From contig CAYTEK010000002.1 of NCBI GenBank assembly GCA_964436715.1, forward strand, positions 4,282 through 68,281: 64,000 nucleotides of DNA, read 5' to 3'. Position 1 is the first letter of the stretch. Each line of letters begins with the position of its first letter. Positions 54,234-64,000 of this stretch are shown piece by piece. The notes beneath the pieces were generated by a model. That model worked only from the letters and a program-made list of their open reading frames with translations. It did no database searches and had not been told where the DNA came from. The translations under genes were made by a program, and so were the position numbers. The DNA is from an uncultured Verrucomicrobiota bacterium (GTDB taxonomy: Bacteria > Verrucomicrobiota > Kiritimatiellia > CAIQIC01 > Lenti-01).

Positions 54234-57200
54234 TTACTTCTTCTTGGCCTTGACGCCGATGAACACGCGCTCTGCCCACGGGCGGTTCACCCGCGTGCGC
54301 ACGGTTTCCATGACACCGTCGGCGTCCGGTTCCACGCCCAGCGTCTGGACGTCGTCCGGTTCCAGCGCCCATTCCTGCAGGTTTTCCGACACGAACAGCC
54401 GATAATCGACGTCGTTGCGCTGGACGCGCCGCTTCCAGCGCAAAACGAAGCCGGACTCGTCCGCTCCGCTGCCGTCCGCAGCCGACGGCGCGAATCCGAA
54501 CTCCGGCAACTCGGCTTCGACGGGGTTCTCGCCGTCGAGCGCGTAGTCGGCGAAATTCGCCGTCGTCGCGCCGCTGACGGCGGCGTTGGTCAGGTCGGCG
54601 GGCGCGAAGCGATCCCAGCGCCACTGGGCGAAATTGTCGGCGCCGGGCCGTTCGTCCACGTTGTCTGCGATCCGCAGCGCGGGATCGCCCAGCAGGTTGT
54701 AGACGGCGTAGGTGTCGTCGGCCAGCGTCTCCGGAGCCATGCGGCGCCGCGCCAGGAGAATCGCCCGGCCCAGCGTGCCCGCGCCTTCTTCCGTCACGGC
54801 GCGATAGAAGGCCGCGCCCAATTCCGCCGCGAATTCGTTGCGCGAGAGTCCGGCGGGCCCCCAGACCGCGACGGCTCCCCCGCCGGCCTTCCGCAGCAGG
54901 AGTTCGCCCAGGCTGTTCACGCCGGGCGCCTCGTACCGCCCGACCAGGCAGCTCAGCGCCACGACGATCGGCGGCCGATTGGGATTGTTCAGGCCGGCGA
55001 CGTCCGCCGCCTTGAGCAGGTTCAGCTTGCTCCAGTTCGCGACGCCGCCGTGGCCCGTGTAGTGGATGAAGCCCGCGCCGCTGTTGAAATAGGCCAGCAG
55101 CTTGTTGCGCGCGGGCGTGATGGCCGTGGCGTTGAGATCGACGACGTCCGCCAGCGGATGCTTGGCGTCGGCCAACGCGGCGAGGCGCTCGTTGGCGGCC
55201 TTGAAGTCGCCCGCGGCGGCGTCGTTGACGTCGTTGGCGAGCACGATCTGGTTCTGCCAGTTCTGGCCGAAGCCGGCTTCGTAGGCCTTGATCTTCGCGA
55301 TCATCGCCGCGAGGTCGTTCGTCGTCAGCGCCGGCAAGCGGCCGATGGCGACGTCCGGCAATTCGTCGCCGCCGACGTCCGCCAGCCGTTCGTCGGCGGC
55401 GAAGAGGCCGTCGCTGCCCGCGAACAGCAGCGGCGGCAGGTGATTCACTTCGTTGCTGAGCGCGTTCAAATAGTCGTAGTGGCCGTTGCCCGCCAGCAGG
55501 ACCATCCACGGCGCCTCCGCCCAGCTGCCCGCGGCGTAGGCCAGCAGCTCCGGAATCGCTTCGGGCGTGCGCAGGCCGCCGGCCAGCAGGTCGCACACGT
55601 CTTCGAACGCCGCCACGCCGACGCGCAGGCCTTGCGCGGCGCGGTAGTCCGTCAGTTCCCGCACCGCGTTGGTGAAGGCGCGCGGCGCCACGACGAGATA
55701 GTCGATCCGGTTCGTTTCGGACAGGAACCACGCCTCCGCCGCCGCGGCGACCGGCGCCAGCGACGGAATGCCGTCTGCTTCGGCCAAGGCGAAGCGCGCG
55801 TCGTCGGCCGTCGCCGCCCAGGCCTTCGCCGGCAGTTCGCCGTTTTCGTCGGCGATCCACGTCGCCCCGCCGTCCCGGTCCAGCGCGACCGCCAGCGGTT
55901 CCGCGTACGCCGCCGCCGAAATCGCGGTGCCGGCCGGCGCCGCGAAATGCGCCGTGCCGGGGCTCGCAACGAGCGTCCGGTCGTAGGTCGCCGTGAAGCC
56001 GTCCACGACGAAGTAGTTCAGGTTGGTGGGCTCCCGGCAGCTCACCGCCAGCACGTTCGTCCCGTCGAACGCGACGCCCGCGGGCACGTCCAGCTCGGCC
56101 GCGAACGTTTCCTGGCCTTCGAATTCGGCCGTGCCCACCGGCACGCCGTTCAGGGCGAACGCCACGAGATGGTCCGGGTTCCGCGCCGCGACCTGCAGCC
56201 AGCCGATCAGGTCCACCGCCAGCGTCAGCGCGCCGCCGCCGTTGCCGGTCAGGACGAACGGAAATTCCGCCTGGTTCGCAGCCGCGTTGGTCGAATTCAT
56301 CACGAACTTCCAATAGTAGAAGTCGTCCGGTTTCGCCGTCACGGCGGTGTTGCCCGGATAGCGGTCCTCCTCGAAACGGATGGACGTCGCGAAGACGGCG
56401 GCGCCGCCGCCCGCGCCCGGGGCGCGCCGCGGCATGGCCAGTCCGCGGCCTTCGTAGATCAGGTAGGCGTTGTCGCGCGCGTACCAGTTGGCCGCCGGCC
56501 CGCCGTGGAAGACCAGCCGGTCGCGCGCCGCGTCGAAGAGCGTCGGCACCAGCCGGCCGGCGCCGAACACGCACAGCGCGTTCGACGCCGCCAGGGCGCG
56601 GATCTCGTCCGCCGGCCGGCCCATGCCGGCCGCGACGTCCGCCAGCGCCACGCCGTAGAGGCCTTCTGCGCCCACGGTCGTCTTCAGGACGGACGAAGGC
56701 CCGCGGTCTTCCTCCGTGCCCAGCCAGAGCGAAGCCGCCGCGTTCTTCGGCGCCGGCCGCGGCGCGCCGAACGTCGCCGCATGGACGCCCAGATCCAGGC
56801 GCGTGCCCGACAGTTCCAGTTCTTCGAGGCGATACGTGCCCGTGCCGCGCGCGCAGGCGGCCGGATCCTTCTGCCGATACGTCGCGCCCGTTTCGTTGAA
56901 CGCGGCCGGCACCGGCTGTTCGTTCAGCAACGTCTCCGCGCCGGTTTCCGGATCGATCCGGTAGACGAAGAAGCCCGCCGTGTTCCACTCCGAACTCGTG
57001 CGCCACACCACCTGGCCGCCGGTTTCCGTCCACTCGCCCCAGACCTCGGCGACTTCCGCGCGGGTGGAATTCAGGCTGGCGAAACCGAAATCCACCGTCC
57101 GATTGGTCGTGCCGGCCGACACGGCGAACGGCGCCGTTTCGAAGTGGCCGGCCGTCGCGCCGTTGGTCGCATCGCTGTCCTGGGCGTCGTCGCCGCCCGC

Positions 57201-60200
57201 ATTGGCCGTCGTCGCAACGACATTCGACGAAATGTCCGTCATGTCGAAGCGCACCCGGTAGGTGCCGCTGGCCAAACCCGCGAACAGGTAGGTGCCCGTG
57301 CTGTCGGTGTTGGTCGTGCGCAGCACGTTGCCGGCGGCGTCGAGCAGCGCCACGGGCAGGTTGGCGATGAAATGGGCCTCGGCCGCGTCCTGGATCCCGT
57401 TGCCGTTGTCGTCGAACCAAACCCGGTCGCCGATGGCCGCCCCGCCCTTCGGCACGATGACCACCGCGCTGCTGTCGTTGCTGGCCACGGGATCGTACAG
57501 GTCGCGGCCCGAGATCGCGGCCACGTTGGTGATCGACATCCCCGAGGTGTTTTCGCGCACGGTGACGTTGATGTAGAGCGTCGTCGCGGCGTTCGCGGCC
57601 AACGTGCCGATCGTCCACGCGCCGGTGCCCGCGTTGTAATTTCCGTTCGAATGGCCGTTGTACTGGAGCTGCGCCGGCAGGACGTCGGCGATCTGCACGC
57701 CCGTCGCCGCGTTCGGCCCGCGGTTGGTCGCCACCAGCACGTATTCGATGATCTGCACCGGATCGGGCGCGTTGGTCGTGACGTACTTGCTCACGCCCAC
57801 GTCGGCGAATTGCACGCAATTCGTGACGGCAGCGTAGATCGCCGGCTGGACCGCGCTGAAGGCCGAAGCCTCATTCAGCAGCTGCGTCGTCGTCGCGGGC
57901 GAACTCACGACCGCCTGCACGGTGACGGTCGCGGATTGGCTGTTGGTCAGCCGCAGATTGACCAGCAGGTTCGGCGGCGGACCCGCCGTCGCCAGCGTGC
58001 CGCCCGCCCACGTCACGCTGCCGGTCACGTAGGCCAAGCCGCTCGGCAGCGGATCGTAGAGCGCGATGCCCGTTTGCGTCACCGTGCCGGTGTTCTGGAC
58101 GACCAGCGTGTAGGTGATCGCGTTGCCGACGGTCAAGCAGGAGCCGGCGCTGGACGTCTTGGTCAGCCGCAGCCCGCGGACGATCGCGGCGAACCCCGCA
58201 TCCCGGCTCGCGTCGGTCGTGCCCGGCGGCAGATAGAACGCCGCCGTGGAGCCGGTGGCCGGCGAAACGTCGCTGTCCGCCGCGTCGCTGCCGCCCTGGT
58301 CTTGCAGGGTGTAGGTGTAGTTGCTGGGCGCGGCGAACTGCAGGAAATAGGTGCCGACCGTCAGGTTCGAGAAGGCATAGGCGCCGGTCGCCGACGACGT
58401 GGTCACGCCCACCGCGTTCGAAGCCGCGTCGTAGAGCGTCACCACCACGCCCGGCATTCCCGTTTCGCTGCCGCCGTCCTGGAGGCCGTCGCCGTCCACG
58501 TCGCGCCAGACGAAATCGCCGATCGCGGAAGACGGCTGGTAGAAGCCCGCGTCGCGGGTCGCGTCGTTCGTTCCGCCGCTCAAGGCAAAGACCGCCGTGC
58601 GCCCCGTGTTGGTGCTGATGTCGCTGTCCAGCGCGTCGTCCCCGCCCTGGTCCTGCGCCGTGGCCAGATAGTTCGACGGCGTGGCGAATTCGAGAAAATA
58701 GGAACCGCTTGGCAGATTCGTGAAGGCGTAGGCGCCGTCCACGCCGGACGTTGCGGTCAGCAGCAGGTTCGAAACGGCGTCGTACAGCCGCACCGTCGCG
58801 CCGGCGATGCCGGGTTCCACGCCGCTTTGCAGGCCGTTGCCGTCCACGTCGTGCCAGACGACGTCCCCCACCCGATTGGCCGCGGAATAATTGGTGGCCG
58901 CGGCGGTCGCCGGCGCGGTCTGGGCATTGGTCGCCGTGGCGACGTTGACGAGCTGGGTGGCCGCCAGCGGCACGCCCAGCGTGCCGCGCACGCGCACGGT
59001 GACGCTCGAACCCGGCGGCAGCGAACAATCGACCAGCAGGTTCGTCAAGTCCGCCGTCAGGTTCGACACGACGACGATCTGCGACGCGTTGCTGTATTGG
59101 GCCACGACGTTGGTGACCACGTCGAAGCCCCGGTTGGTGAACGTGACGAAGTCGAAATTGATCCGATCGCCGGTGTTGAAATTGCCCCCCGCCCTCAGCC
59201 GCAGGCCCATGTTGGCGGACATCCACGTGGTGACGTTGGTGGTGACCGCGACGTAGCCGGCATCGGTGCCGTCGGTCGTCGGCACGGCGAAGACCTGGGT
59301 TTGCGCGGCGAAGTTGTTGGTCGAGAGGTAGACGGTCAGCGTATCGCCGGCGTCCCAGTTCTCGCGGCGGTAGGCCAAGCTCAGGGTCACGTTGGTGTAG
59401 GTGCGGCCGGCCCGCGTCGTGGCCAACTGGTTGCTGCGCGTGACCGAATCGTTGTCGGCATTGGTGTTTTCGAACACCAGGGCGTTGGTGCCGCCGACCG
59501 TGCGAATCAATTCGCTGCCGGTGGTCGCGTTGCCGTTGTCGCCCGTTTCGATCCAGTTGCCGAACCAGTTGGTCGTGCCGTCGTTGTTGTTGTAGGCCGC
59601 CGTGGAAAAAGCGTCGGACACCGTCTCCGCGAAGGCATTGGTCGTCACCGTCTCGAACTGGACGAGCGCGGCGCCGTTGGGCGCGAAATTCACGCCGGCG
59701 GGCAAGGCGTCGGTCAGCTGGATGCCCACCAAGGTGACCGTGCCCGTGTTTTCGATCGTGAGGTAGTAATCGTTGGTGGCGCCGTAGTTCCAGTTCGTGG
59801 CCAGCGCCGAAACCTTGGTCAGCCGCATGCCGATGTTGCCCGAGGCGGCATTCGTCACGCGCGCCGTGATCCACGTCGTCTGCTGGTCGCTCAGCAGCCG
59901 CGCCGCGTTGACGAATTCCGTCGCCGTGATCGGATCGTCCACCGTCGCCGTCAGATAGACGGTCATGTTCGTGCCCGGCGGCAGCGCGTAGTCGTCCAGC
60001 AGGAGCGGCGGATCCGGCAGCGCGTTGGTGGCGTTGGCCGCCGACGCCGCGATGCGCACGTTGTCCAGCCAGACGACGTCGTTCGCGTCGCGCGAGGCGT
60101 TGCCGCCGAACCGGATCACCGTGCCCGTCGAGGCATAGGCCGAAACGTCGAACGTGGCCGTGAAATAGGAACCGTCGTTCGTGGCCCCGCCGATCTGGCC

Positions 60201-63200
60201 CACTTGGACGAACGTGCCGCCGCCGTTGGAGGAGACGTTGACGTTGACGTAGTCGCCCGCCTCGAGGCCCGCGCGGCGATAGCTGAATTGCAGCGTGGCG
60301 CTCGTGTAGCCCGCCAAGTTCGCCGCGCGCTGGAAGAGCGAAGTCGAGACCGTGCGCACCGCGTAGGTCTGGCCCGGGATGGACGTGCCGTCCACCGCCA
60401 TCCGCACGTTGCCGTTGGTGGCCACGGCGTCGTCGTAGACCTCCGTCCAGGGTCCGGCCCAGGCCACGTTGCCGTCGCTGTTGGCGAACGTCTGGAGATC
60501 GAACAGGTCCAGGAACACGTTGGTGTGGGCGAAAGGCCGGTAGAGCCGGGCGGTGCCGTTCGAATACGTCGTGCCGAACGGCAGGACGTCTTCAAGCCGG
60601 ATGCCGGTCTGCGCCACCGTGCCGGTGTTGGAAATCTGGATCGCATAGACCACGCTCGTGCCGGCCGTCAGCAGGTTGGTCGTGCTCGACGTCTTCTGCA
60701 GCCGGACGCCTTCCGTCGCGTTGATCCGGTTGGTCACCGGGTTCGAATCGAGCGGCGTCCGGCTCTGGTCGGCGCGGACCTGCGCCGAATTGACGGTTTG
60801 CGTGGCCACCGGCGGGTTGTCCACCATGACGGCGAACGTCACCGTGGCCGTGCTCCCCGGCAGCAGCGTCACGTCTTCCGCCAGGATCGGCGGCGCCGCG
60901 CCCGCCACCGTCGCGTTGGTTCCGACCAGGACGAACTTCACGTCGTCGAAACGCACGTAATCGGTGGTGCCCAGCGAGGTGGTGCTCAGAAACCGGATCG
61001 CCGTGTTGGTGGACAGGTAGGCGCTGACGTCGACGTTCGTGGAAGCGTAGGCGGTGTCGGTCCCCGCGCCCTGGATCCGCACCAGCAGGTTCGACGACGT
61101 CCAATTGTTGGTGGAAATGAACACGCTGACCGCGTCGTTCGCGTTGTCCAGGGCATCCCGCAAATAGCGGAAGCTCAACGTGGCGCCCCCTTGTCCGGAC
61201 AGGTCGGCGGAACGGGTGGCGGAACGGCTGGCGCCCGCGATTTCCAACACGAAAGCTTCCGCCGAATTGGTCAGGACGTCGGCCAACACCCGGACGTAGC
61301 CGGCCGCCACGCCGTCCGCTTCGCCGCCTTCCGCCCACGGCGTCAGCCAGGGCACCGTGCCGTCGTCGTTCGTGAAAGCCCGTTCGTCGAACCGGTCGTG
61401 CACGACGTTCGTCTGCACGCCGGAAAGCGCGATCCGCGTGCTGTTGGACACGTACGTCAGCCCCAGCGGCAGGTCGTCGTCGATCCGCATCCCCGTGTAG
61501 GTCACCGCGCCCGTGTTGACCACCGTGACGGTGTAGGTGAAATTCGTGCCCGGCTCCAACAGGTTCGTCGTGCTGACCGCCTTGGAGATCGCCAAGCCGC
61601 CGACCATCACGTTCGTGCTGGAACCCGTGGTCCAATTGCCGTTGGTGCCGCCCACTGTCGCGTTGTTGTGGATGTAGCCGGTGAAATCGACGGGCAGGTT
61701 GGTCACGATCTGCGTCACGTAGCGCACCGTGGTGGTCTGCCCCAGTCCGATGGTGCCGAGGTCGCAGCCGCCTTCGTCGAACGGGAACCGCGTCAGTTTC
61801 GGCGGCAAGCTGTCGGGCACGTCGTTGGTGGCGCCGGCGGCGGCCAACATCGCGCTGTTGGTGACGTACGTCGTCAAATCGGTCGGCGGGTTGTCCTCGA
61901 AAATCACGTGGCTGGCCGTGGCGAAACCCACGTTGACCACGTCCACCAGATACTCCAAGGTGTCCCCGGCGTCCGGATAGCCGTTCTCGTTGACGTCGTT
62001 CAGCAAGGTCGCGAATTTCTTCGAAATCACGGTGGGGAACGCCGGAATGGCGTAGCCCATGTCGAGATAGGGATTGCCCGTGCCGGCCAGGGCGGAATCC
62101 TCGCCCCAGGCGCCCAGCAGCACCGTGCCGTCCGTCGTGTAGTAGCGCAGGCCCGATTGATCGTCGTCGCCGGCGTCGAGCAGGCGAATCGTCTGCAGCG
62201 CCGCGACGTTGGTGGCCAAGTCGCACAGATTGCCTTGCGGATCCGTCACGGACCCGGTCGTCGGATCGGCGTCGTAATCCACGTAGAGCGTCGTGTTGCT
62301 GAGCGCCGACACCCACACGGGGTTGCCGTTCGCGCCCGTGCCGGTCGTGCCGTAGCCCGGGCCCCAGCCGACCAGGCCGGCGGTGGACATCATCTTTTCC
62401 GGAACCAGGCTGATGCCCCAGTCGTAGTCCTGGCAGGAGCCGGCCGTGTCGAACAGGCTCACGCCGATGAACGGACTGCCGGCGGCGGCGACGAAACGGG
62501 CGCCGCCGTTCAGCGGCATCTGGAAGGGCGCGCCCACGGCGTTGGCCGCGATGGCGATGCTGCCCGTGCTGGTGGCCGTCGTCACGGTCACCGTGATGGC
62601 CGCGGCGTTGGGATTGAACAGGTACACGTGCGCGGCATAGGTCGTTCCCGCGGAATTGGTCCGCGAACACACCGGCGTGAAATAGTCGGAATCCCACTGG
62701 GTTTCCGGCCACAGTTCGAACCAGCGCGTCTCGTAGTTGGAACCGACGTCGCCCGTGATCAGGCTGCATTGGAACGGCTGGCTGCCGCGCACCGTCGCGC
62801 CGGCCTTCACCCCGCCGTTCACGAAATAGGGCTCGCCTTGGTCCAGATAAATCGTCGTTTCGTAAACGCCGTCGGCGTTGGCGTCGATCTCGACCCGGGT
62901 GAAATCGTAGTCGCCCATGACGTAGAGGGACGACGTGCTGAACATCTCGTTGGTGTTGGCGCCGCTGCCGGTGCCCTCGCCCACCGGCGCGCGATAGACC
63001 ATTCCGTGCGAACCGATGTCCCGCACGCCGATCGCCTCCGCGATCACTTCGCCGGGATCGACCGGGTACATGGCGCGCGTCATGGCGATCGGCTGGGTCA
63101 CGGACACCTTGTCGCGGCCGTCGTATTCGATCGTCACGCTGTTGCGCGTCACGTCGATCTGGTCTTCCAGCCGCACCACCGCGCCGGCATCCAGCACGTC

Positions 63201-63548
63201 GCTCGGAACGTCCGGCGGATACCCGTTGTCCGGATTCGCATCGCCCCACACCTGGCTGGTCATTTGCGTGGGCGACGTGATGTCCGCTTCGTAGCCGTCT
63301 TCCCAATGATCGTAGTAGATGATCGTCTGATCCGTTCCGACGGCCATGCCGATCACGGATTCCATCACGACGCCGATGTTGCCGGCGAAGGCATCGACTG
63401 CGTTCAGCGAAATCTGCATGTCGTCTTCCGGCAGCGGCACGAAGAACGTCTGCAGCACGTTGGCGCCGGACGCCGCGCCCGGCAGCAACCCCGCGGCCAG
63501 CATCGCCGCGCCCAACCAATGCTTCCACCCATTCATAAATATGTTCAT
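54234..63548 (-). CDS. Giant (~3100 aa) secreted surface protein: DUF11/SdrD-B/Cna-B-like repeats plus a C-terminal gingipain-like (peptidase C25/clan CD) domain
   Basis: Signal peptide 'MNIFMNGWKHWLGAAMLAAGLLPGAASGA'. Repeated 'GDVVWHDVDGNGLQ...GSYFLEFATPSNY' (SdrD B-like) and 'TYTVTVVNTGAVTYTG...DDLPLGLTYV' (DUF11). C-terminal 'IHYTGHGGVANWS...IVVALSCLVGRYE' is a His/Cys dyad as in C25. Confidence 0.8.
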   Translation of the reverse strand: MNIFMNGWKHWLGAAMLAAGLLPGAASGANVLQTFFVPLPEDDMQISLNAVDAFAGNIGVVMESVIGMAVGTDQTIIYYDHWEDGYEADITSPTQMTSQVWGDANPDNGYPPDVPSDVLDAGAVVRLEDQIDVTRNSVTIEYDGRDKVSVTQPIAMTRAMYPVDPGEVIAEAIGVRDIGSHGMVYRAPVGEGTGSGANTNEMFSTSSLYVMGDYDFTRVEIDANADGVYETTIYLDQGEPYFVNGGVKAGATVRGSQPFQCSLITGDVGSNYETRWFELWPETQWDSDYFTPVCSRTNSAGTTYAAHVYLFNPNAAAITVTVTTATSTGSIAIAANAVGAPFQMPLNGGARFVAAAGSPFIGVSLFDTAGSCQDYDWGISLVPEKMMSTAGLVGWGPGYGTTGTGANGNPVWVSALSNTTLYVDYDADPTTGSVTDPQGNLCDLATNVAALQTIRLLDAGDDDQSGLRYYTTDGTVLLGAWGEDSALAGTGNPYLDMGYAIPAFPTVISKKFATLLNDVNENGYPDAGDTLEYLVDVVNVGFATASHVIFEDNPPTDLTTYVTNSAMLAAAGATNDVPDSLPPKLTRFPFDEGGCDLGTIGLGQTTTVRYVTQIVTNLPVDFTGYIHNNATVGGTNGNWTTGSSTNVMVGGLAISKAVSTTNLLEPGTNFTYTVTVVNTGAVTYTGMRIDDDLPLGLTYVSNSTRIALSGVQTNVVHDRFDERAFTNDDGTVPWLTPWAEGGEADGVAAGYVRVLADVLTNSAEAFVLEIAGASRSATRSADLSGQGGATLSFRYLRDALDNANDAVSVFISTNNWTSSNLLVRIQGAGTDTAYASTNVDVSAYLSTNTAIRFLSTTSLGTTDYVRFDDVKFVLVGTNATVAGAAPPILAEDVTLLPGSTATVTFAVMVDNPPVATQTVNSAQVRADQSRTPLDSNPVTNRINATEGVRLQKTSSTTNLLTAGTSVVYAIQISNTGTVAQTGIRLEDVLPFGTTYSNGTARLYRPFAHTNVFLDLFDLQTFANSDGNVAWAGPWTEVYDDAVATNGNVRMAVDGTSIPGQTYAVRTVSTSLFQRAANLAGYTSATLQFSYRRAGLEAGDYVNVNVSSNGGGTFVQVGQIGGATNDGSYFTATFDVSAYASTGTVIRFGGNASRDANDVVWLDNVRIAASAANATNALPDPPLLLDDYALPPGTNMTVYLTATVDDPITATEFVNAARLLSDQQTTWITARVTNAASGNIGMRLTKVSALATNWNYGATNDYYLTIENTGTVTLVGIQLTDALPAGVNFAPNGAALVQFETVTTNAFAETVSDAFSTAAYNNNDGTTNWFGNWIETGDNGNATTGSELIRTVGGTNALVFENTNADNDSVTRSNQLATTRAGRTYTNVTLSLAYRRENWDAGDTLTVYLSTNNFAAQTQVFAVPTTDGTDAGYVAVTTNVTTWMSANMGLRLRAGGNFNTGDRINFDFVTFTNRGFDVVTNVVAQYSNASQIVVVSNLTADLTNLLVDCSLPPGSSVTVRVRGTLGVPLAATQLVNVATATNAQTAPATAAATNYSAANRVGDVVWHDVDGNGLQSGVEPGIAGATVRLYDAVSNLLLTATSGVDGAYAFTNLPSGSYFLEFATPSNYLATAQDQGGDDALDSDISTNTGRTAVFALSGGTNDATRDAGFYQPSSAIGDFVWRDVDGDGLQDGGSETGMPGVVVTLYDAASNAVGVTTSSATGAYAFSNLTVGTYFLQFAAPSNYTYTLQDQGGSDAADSDVSPATGSTAAFYLPPGTTDASRDAGFAAIVRGLRLTKTSSAGSCLTVGNAITYTLVVQNTGTVTQTGIALYDPLPSGLAYVTGSVTWAGGTLATAGPPPNLLVNLRLTNSQSATVTVQAVVSSPATTTQLLNEASAFSAVQPAIYAAVTNCVQFADVGVSKYVTTNAPDPVQIIEYVLVATNRGPNAATGVQIADVLPAQLQYNGHSNGNYNAGTGAWTIGTLAANAATTLYINVTVRENTSGMSITNVAAISGRDLYDPVASNDSSAVVIVPKGGAAIGDRVWFDDNGNGIQDAAEAHFIANLPVALLDAAGNVLRTTNTDSTGTYLFAGLASGTYRVRFDMTDISSNVVATTANAGGDDAQDSDATNGATAGHFETAPFAVSAGTTNRTVDFGFASLNSTRAEVAEVWGEWTETGGQVVWRTSSEWNTAGFFVYRIDPETGAETLLNEQPVPAAFNETGATYRQKDPAACARGTGTYRLEELELSGTRLDLGVHAATFGAPRPAPKNAAASLWLGTEEDRGPSSVLKTTVGAEGLYGVALADVAAGMGRPADEIRALAASNALCVFGAGRLVPTLFDAARDRLVFHGGPAANWYARDNAYLIYEGRGLAMPRRAPGAGGGAAVFATSIRFEEDRYPGNTAVTAKPDDFYYWKFVMNSTNAAANQAEFPFVLTGNGGGALTLAVDLIGWLQVAARNPDHLVAFALNGVPVGTAEFEGQETFAAELDVPAGVAFDGTNVLAVSCREPTNLNYFVVDGFTATYDRTLVASPGTAHFAAPAGTAISAAAYAEPLAVALDRDGGATWIADENGELPAKAWAATADDARFALAEADGIPSLAPVAAAAEAWFLSETNRIDYLVVAPRAFTNAVRELTDYRAAQGLRVGVAAFEDVCDLLAGGLRTPEAIPELLAYAAGSWAEAPWMVLLAGNGHYDYLNALSNEVNHLPPLLFAGSDGLFAADERLADVGGDELPDVAIGRLPALTTNDLAAMIAKIKAYEAGFGQNWQNQIVLANDVNDAAAGDFKAANERLAALADAKHPLADVVDLNATAITPARNKLLAYFNSGAGFIHYTGHGGVANWSKLNLLKAADVAGLNNPNRPPIVVALSCLVGRYEAPGVNSLGELLLRKAGGGAVAVWGPAGLSRNEFAAELGAAFYRAVTEEGAGTLGRAILLARRRMAPETLADDTYAVYNLLGDPALRIADNVDERPGADNFAQWRWDRFAPADLTNAAVSGATTANFADYALDGENPVEAELPEFGFAPSAADGSGADESGFVLRWKRRVQRNDVDYRLFVSENLQEWALEPDDVQTLGVEPDADGVMETVRTRVNRPWAERVFIGVKAKKK

Positions 63549-63660
63549 GCGTTTTCCTGTGGCCGATTCCGAACCGTCGAAACATTCCACGTGCAAAATA
63601 TTGTCAATAAACTAGAACAGATCTGTTTGAATCGTGTTAGGAGCGGCGGAAAGCCGGCAA
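63549..63660 (-). promoter_or_regulatory. AT-rich promoter/leader region of the giant surface-protein gene
   Basis: The window's lowest-GC stretch by eye, 'tcaataaactagaacagatctgtttgaatcgtgtt', lies just upstream of the start. Confidence 0.35.
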
Positions 63661-63802
63661 AAAACTTCCCAAAAGGCCGATTTTGCTTCCGAAATCGAGC
63701 GATTTGCGGCGATTTTCGCCTTCCATCCCCCATTTTCGAAGTTGGGGTCCGGATTTTTTGGGGGCTCGGCGCAACGGGCCGACGCCGGTCGGCGCGGTGC
63801 GG

Positions 63803-64000
63803 CTACGGGGTCAACCCGCGCAGCGTTTTCATGGCGACGTCGCCCAATTCCAACGTGTGCCGGCTGTCGCGAAAAACGATCCGATGGCCGGCGTCGCGGC
63901 CGCCATCCTGCGCGATTTGAACTTCGCGCAGGTTGACGATCGTCGAGCGATCCAGCGCCTTGAATTCGTCCGGCAGGATCTCGCGCCATTCGCGCAGCGG
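63803..64000 (-). CDS. C-terminal fragment of a LytTR-family DNA-binding regulator (5' end beyond window)
   Basis: Minus-strand translation '...FKALDRSTIVNLREVQIAQDGGRDAGHRIVFRDSRHTLELGDVAMKTLRGLTP*' resembles the LytTR C-terminus (RSxIVNL...). Confidence 0.45.
   Translation of the reverse strand, partial: PLREWREILPDEFKALDRSTIVNLREVQIAQDGGRDAGHRIVFRDSRHTLELGDVAMKTLRGLTP

Noticed and set aside
54048-63920. 3290-aa plus-strand ORF
   Set aside because: It is antisense to the real 3104-aa minus-strand gene. Arg/Gly/Ala-rich low complexity is typical of open antisense frames in ~70% GC DNA. No motifs.
1-64000. CRISPR arrays, IS elements, integrases, rRNA
   Set aside because: No short direct-repeat/spacer arrays, transposase/integrase-like translations or rRNA-like segments were seen in any frame.

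Overview
High-GC (~68-70%) bacterial chromosomal fragment. A prepilin-type N-terminal/DUF1559-like protein hints at a PVC-group (Verrucomicrobia-like) organism, but that is only a guess. The window holds four blocks. (1) 1-4.1 kb: the FeoB C-terminus, an outer-membrane (OM) beta-barrel, a flavodoxin whose N-terminus is interrupted by an in-frame TAA, and small hypothetical and methyltransferase genes. (2) 4.2-13.1 kb: a plus-strand metal (likely Zn) acquisition island. It has a Cys/His-rich small protein, a His-rich OM barrel, two ZnuA-type binding proteins with ZnuC/ZnuB, a COG0701 permease with a Cys/His loop paired with a DUF1980 protein, and a second ABC ATPase/permease pair without a binding protein. 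(3) 13-21.6 kb: an amidohydrolase, a prepilin-like protein, an internally duplicated secreted protein, two small regulators bracketed by tRNA-Pro(GGG) and tRNA-Cys(GCA), a P-type cation ATPase and a nucleotidyltransferase-family gene. (4) 21.6-51.3 kb: a roughly 30-kb all-minus-strand glycan/exopolysaccharide locus. Genes 21.6-48.1 kb are chained by 4-nt ATGA/GTGA stop-start overlaps: many GT2/GT4 glycosyltransferases, a WecA-like initiating transferase fused to an extra domain, acyl/acetyltransferases, an FkbM methyltransferase, two Wzy-like proteins, Wzm/Wzt and Wzc/Wza. Upstream on the same strand sit an OM barrel and a secreted glycoside hydrolase. The most unusual part is at 51.3-63.6 kb. 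A 9.3-kb gene encodes a ~3100-aa surface protein (DUF11/SdrD-B-like repeats plus a C-terminal gingipain/C25-like domain). Eight bp after it comes a translationally coupled cassette of a PqqD-family protein, a radical-SAM/SPASM enzyme, a 61-aa Cys-containing small ORF with a strong RBS, and an HPr-kinase-related P-loop kinase. A convergent S24-type peptidase lies beside it. This looks like an uncharacterised peptide-modification (RiPP-like) system. Large antisense ORFs in the track (for example the 3290-aa one) are high-GC artefacts.
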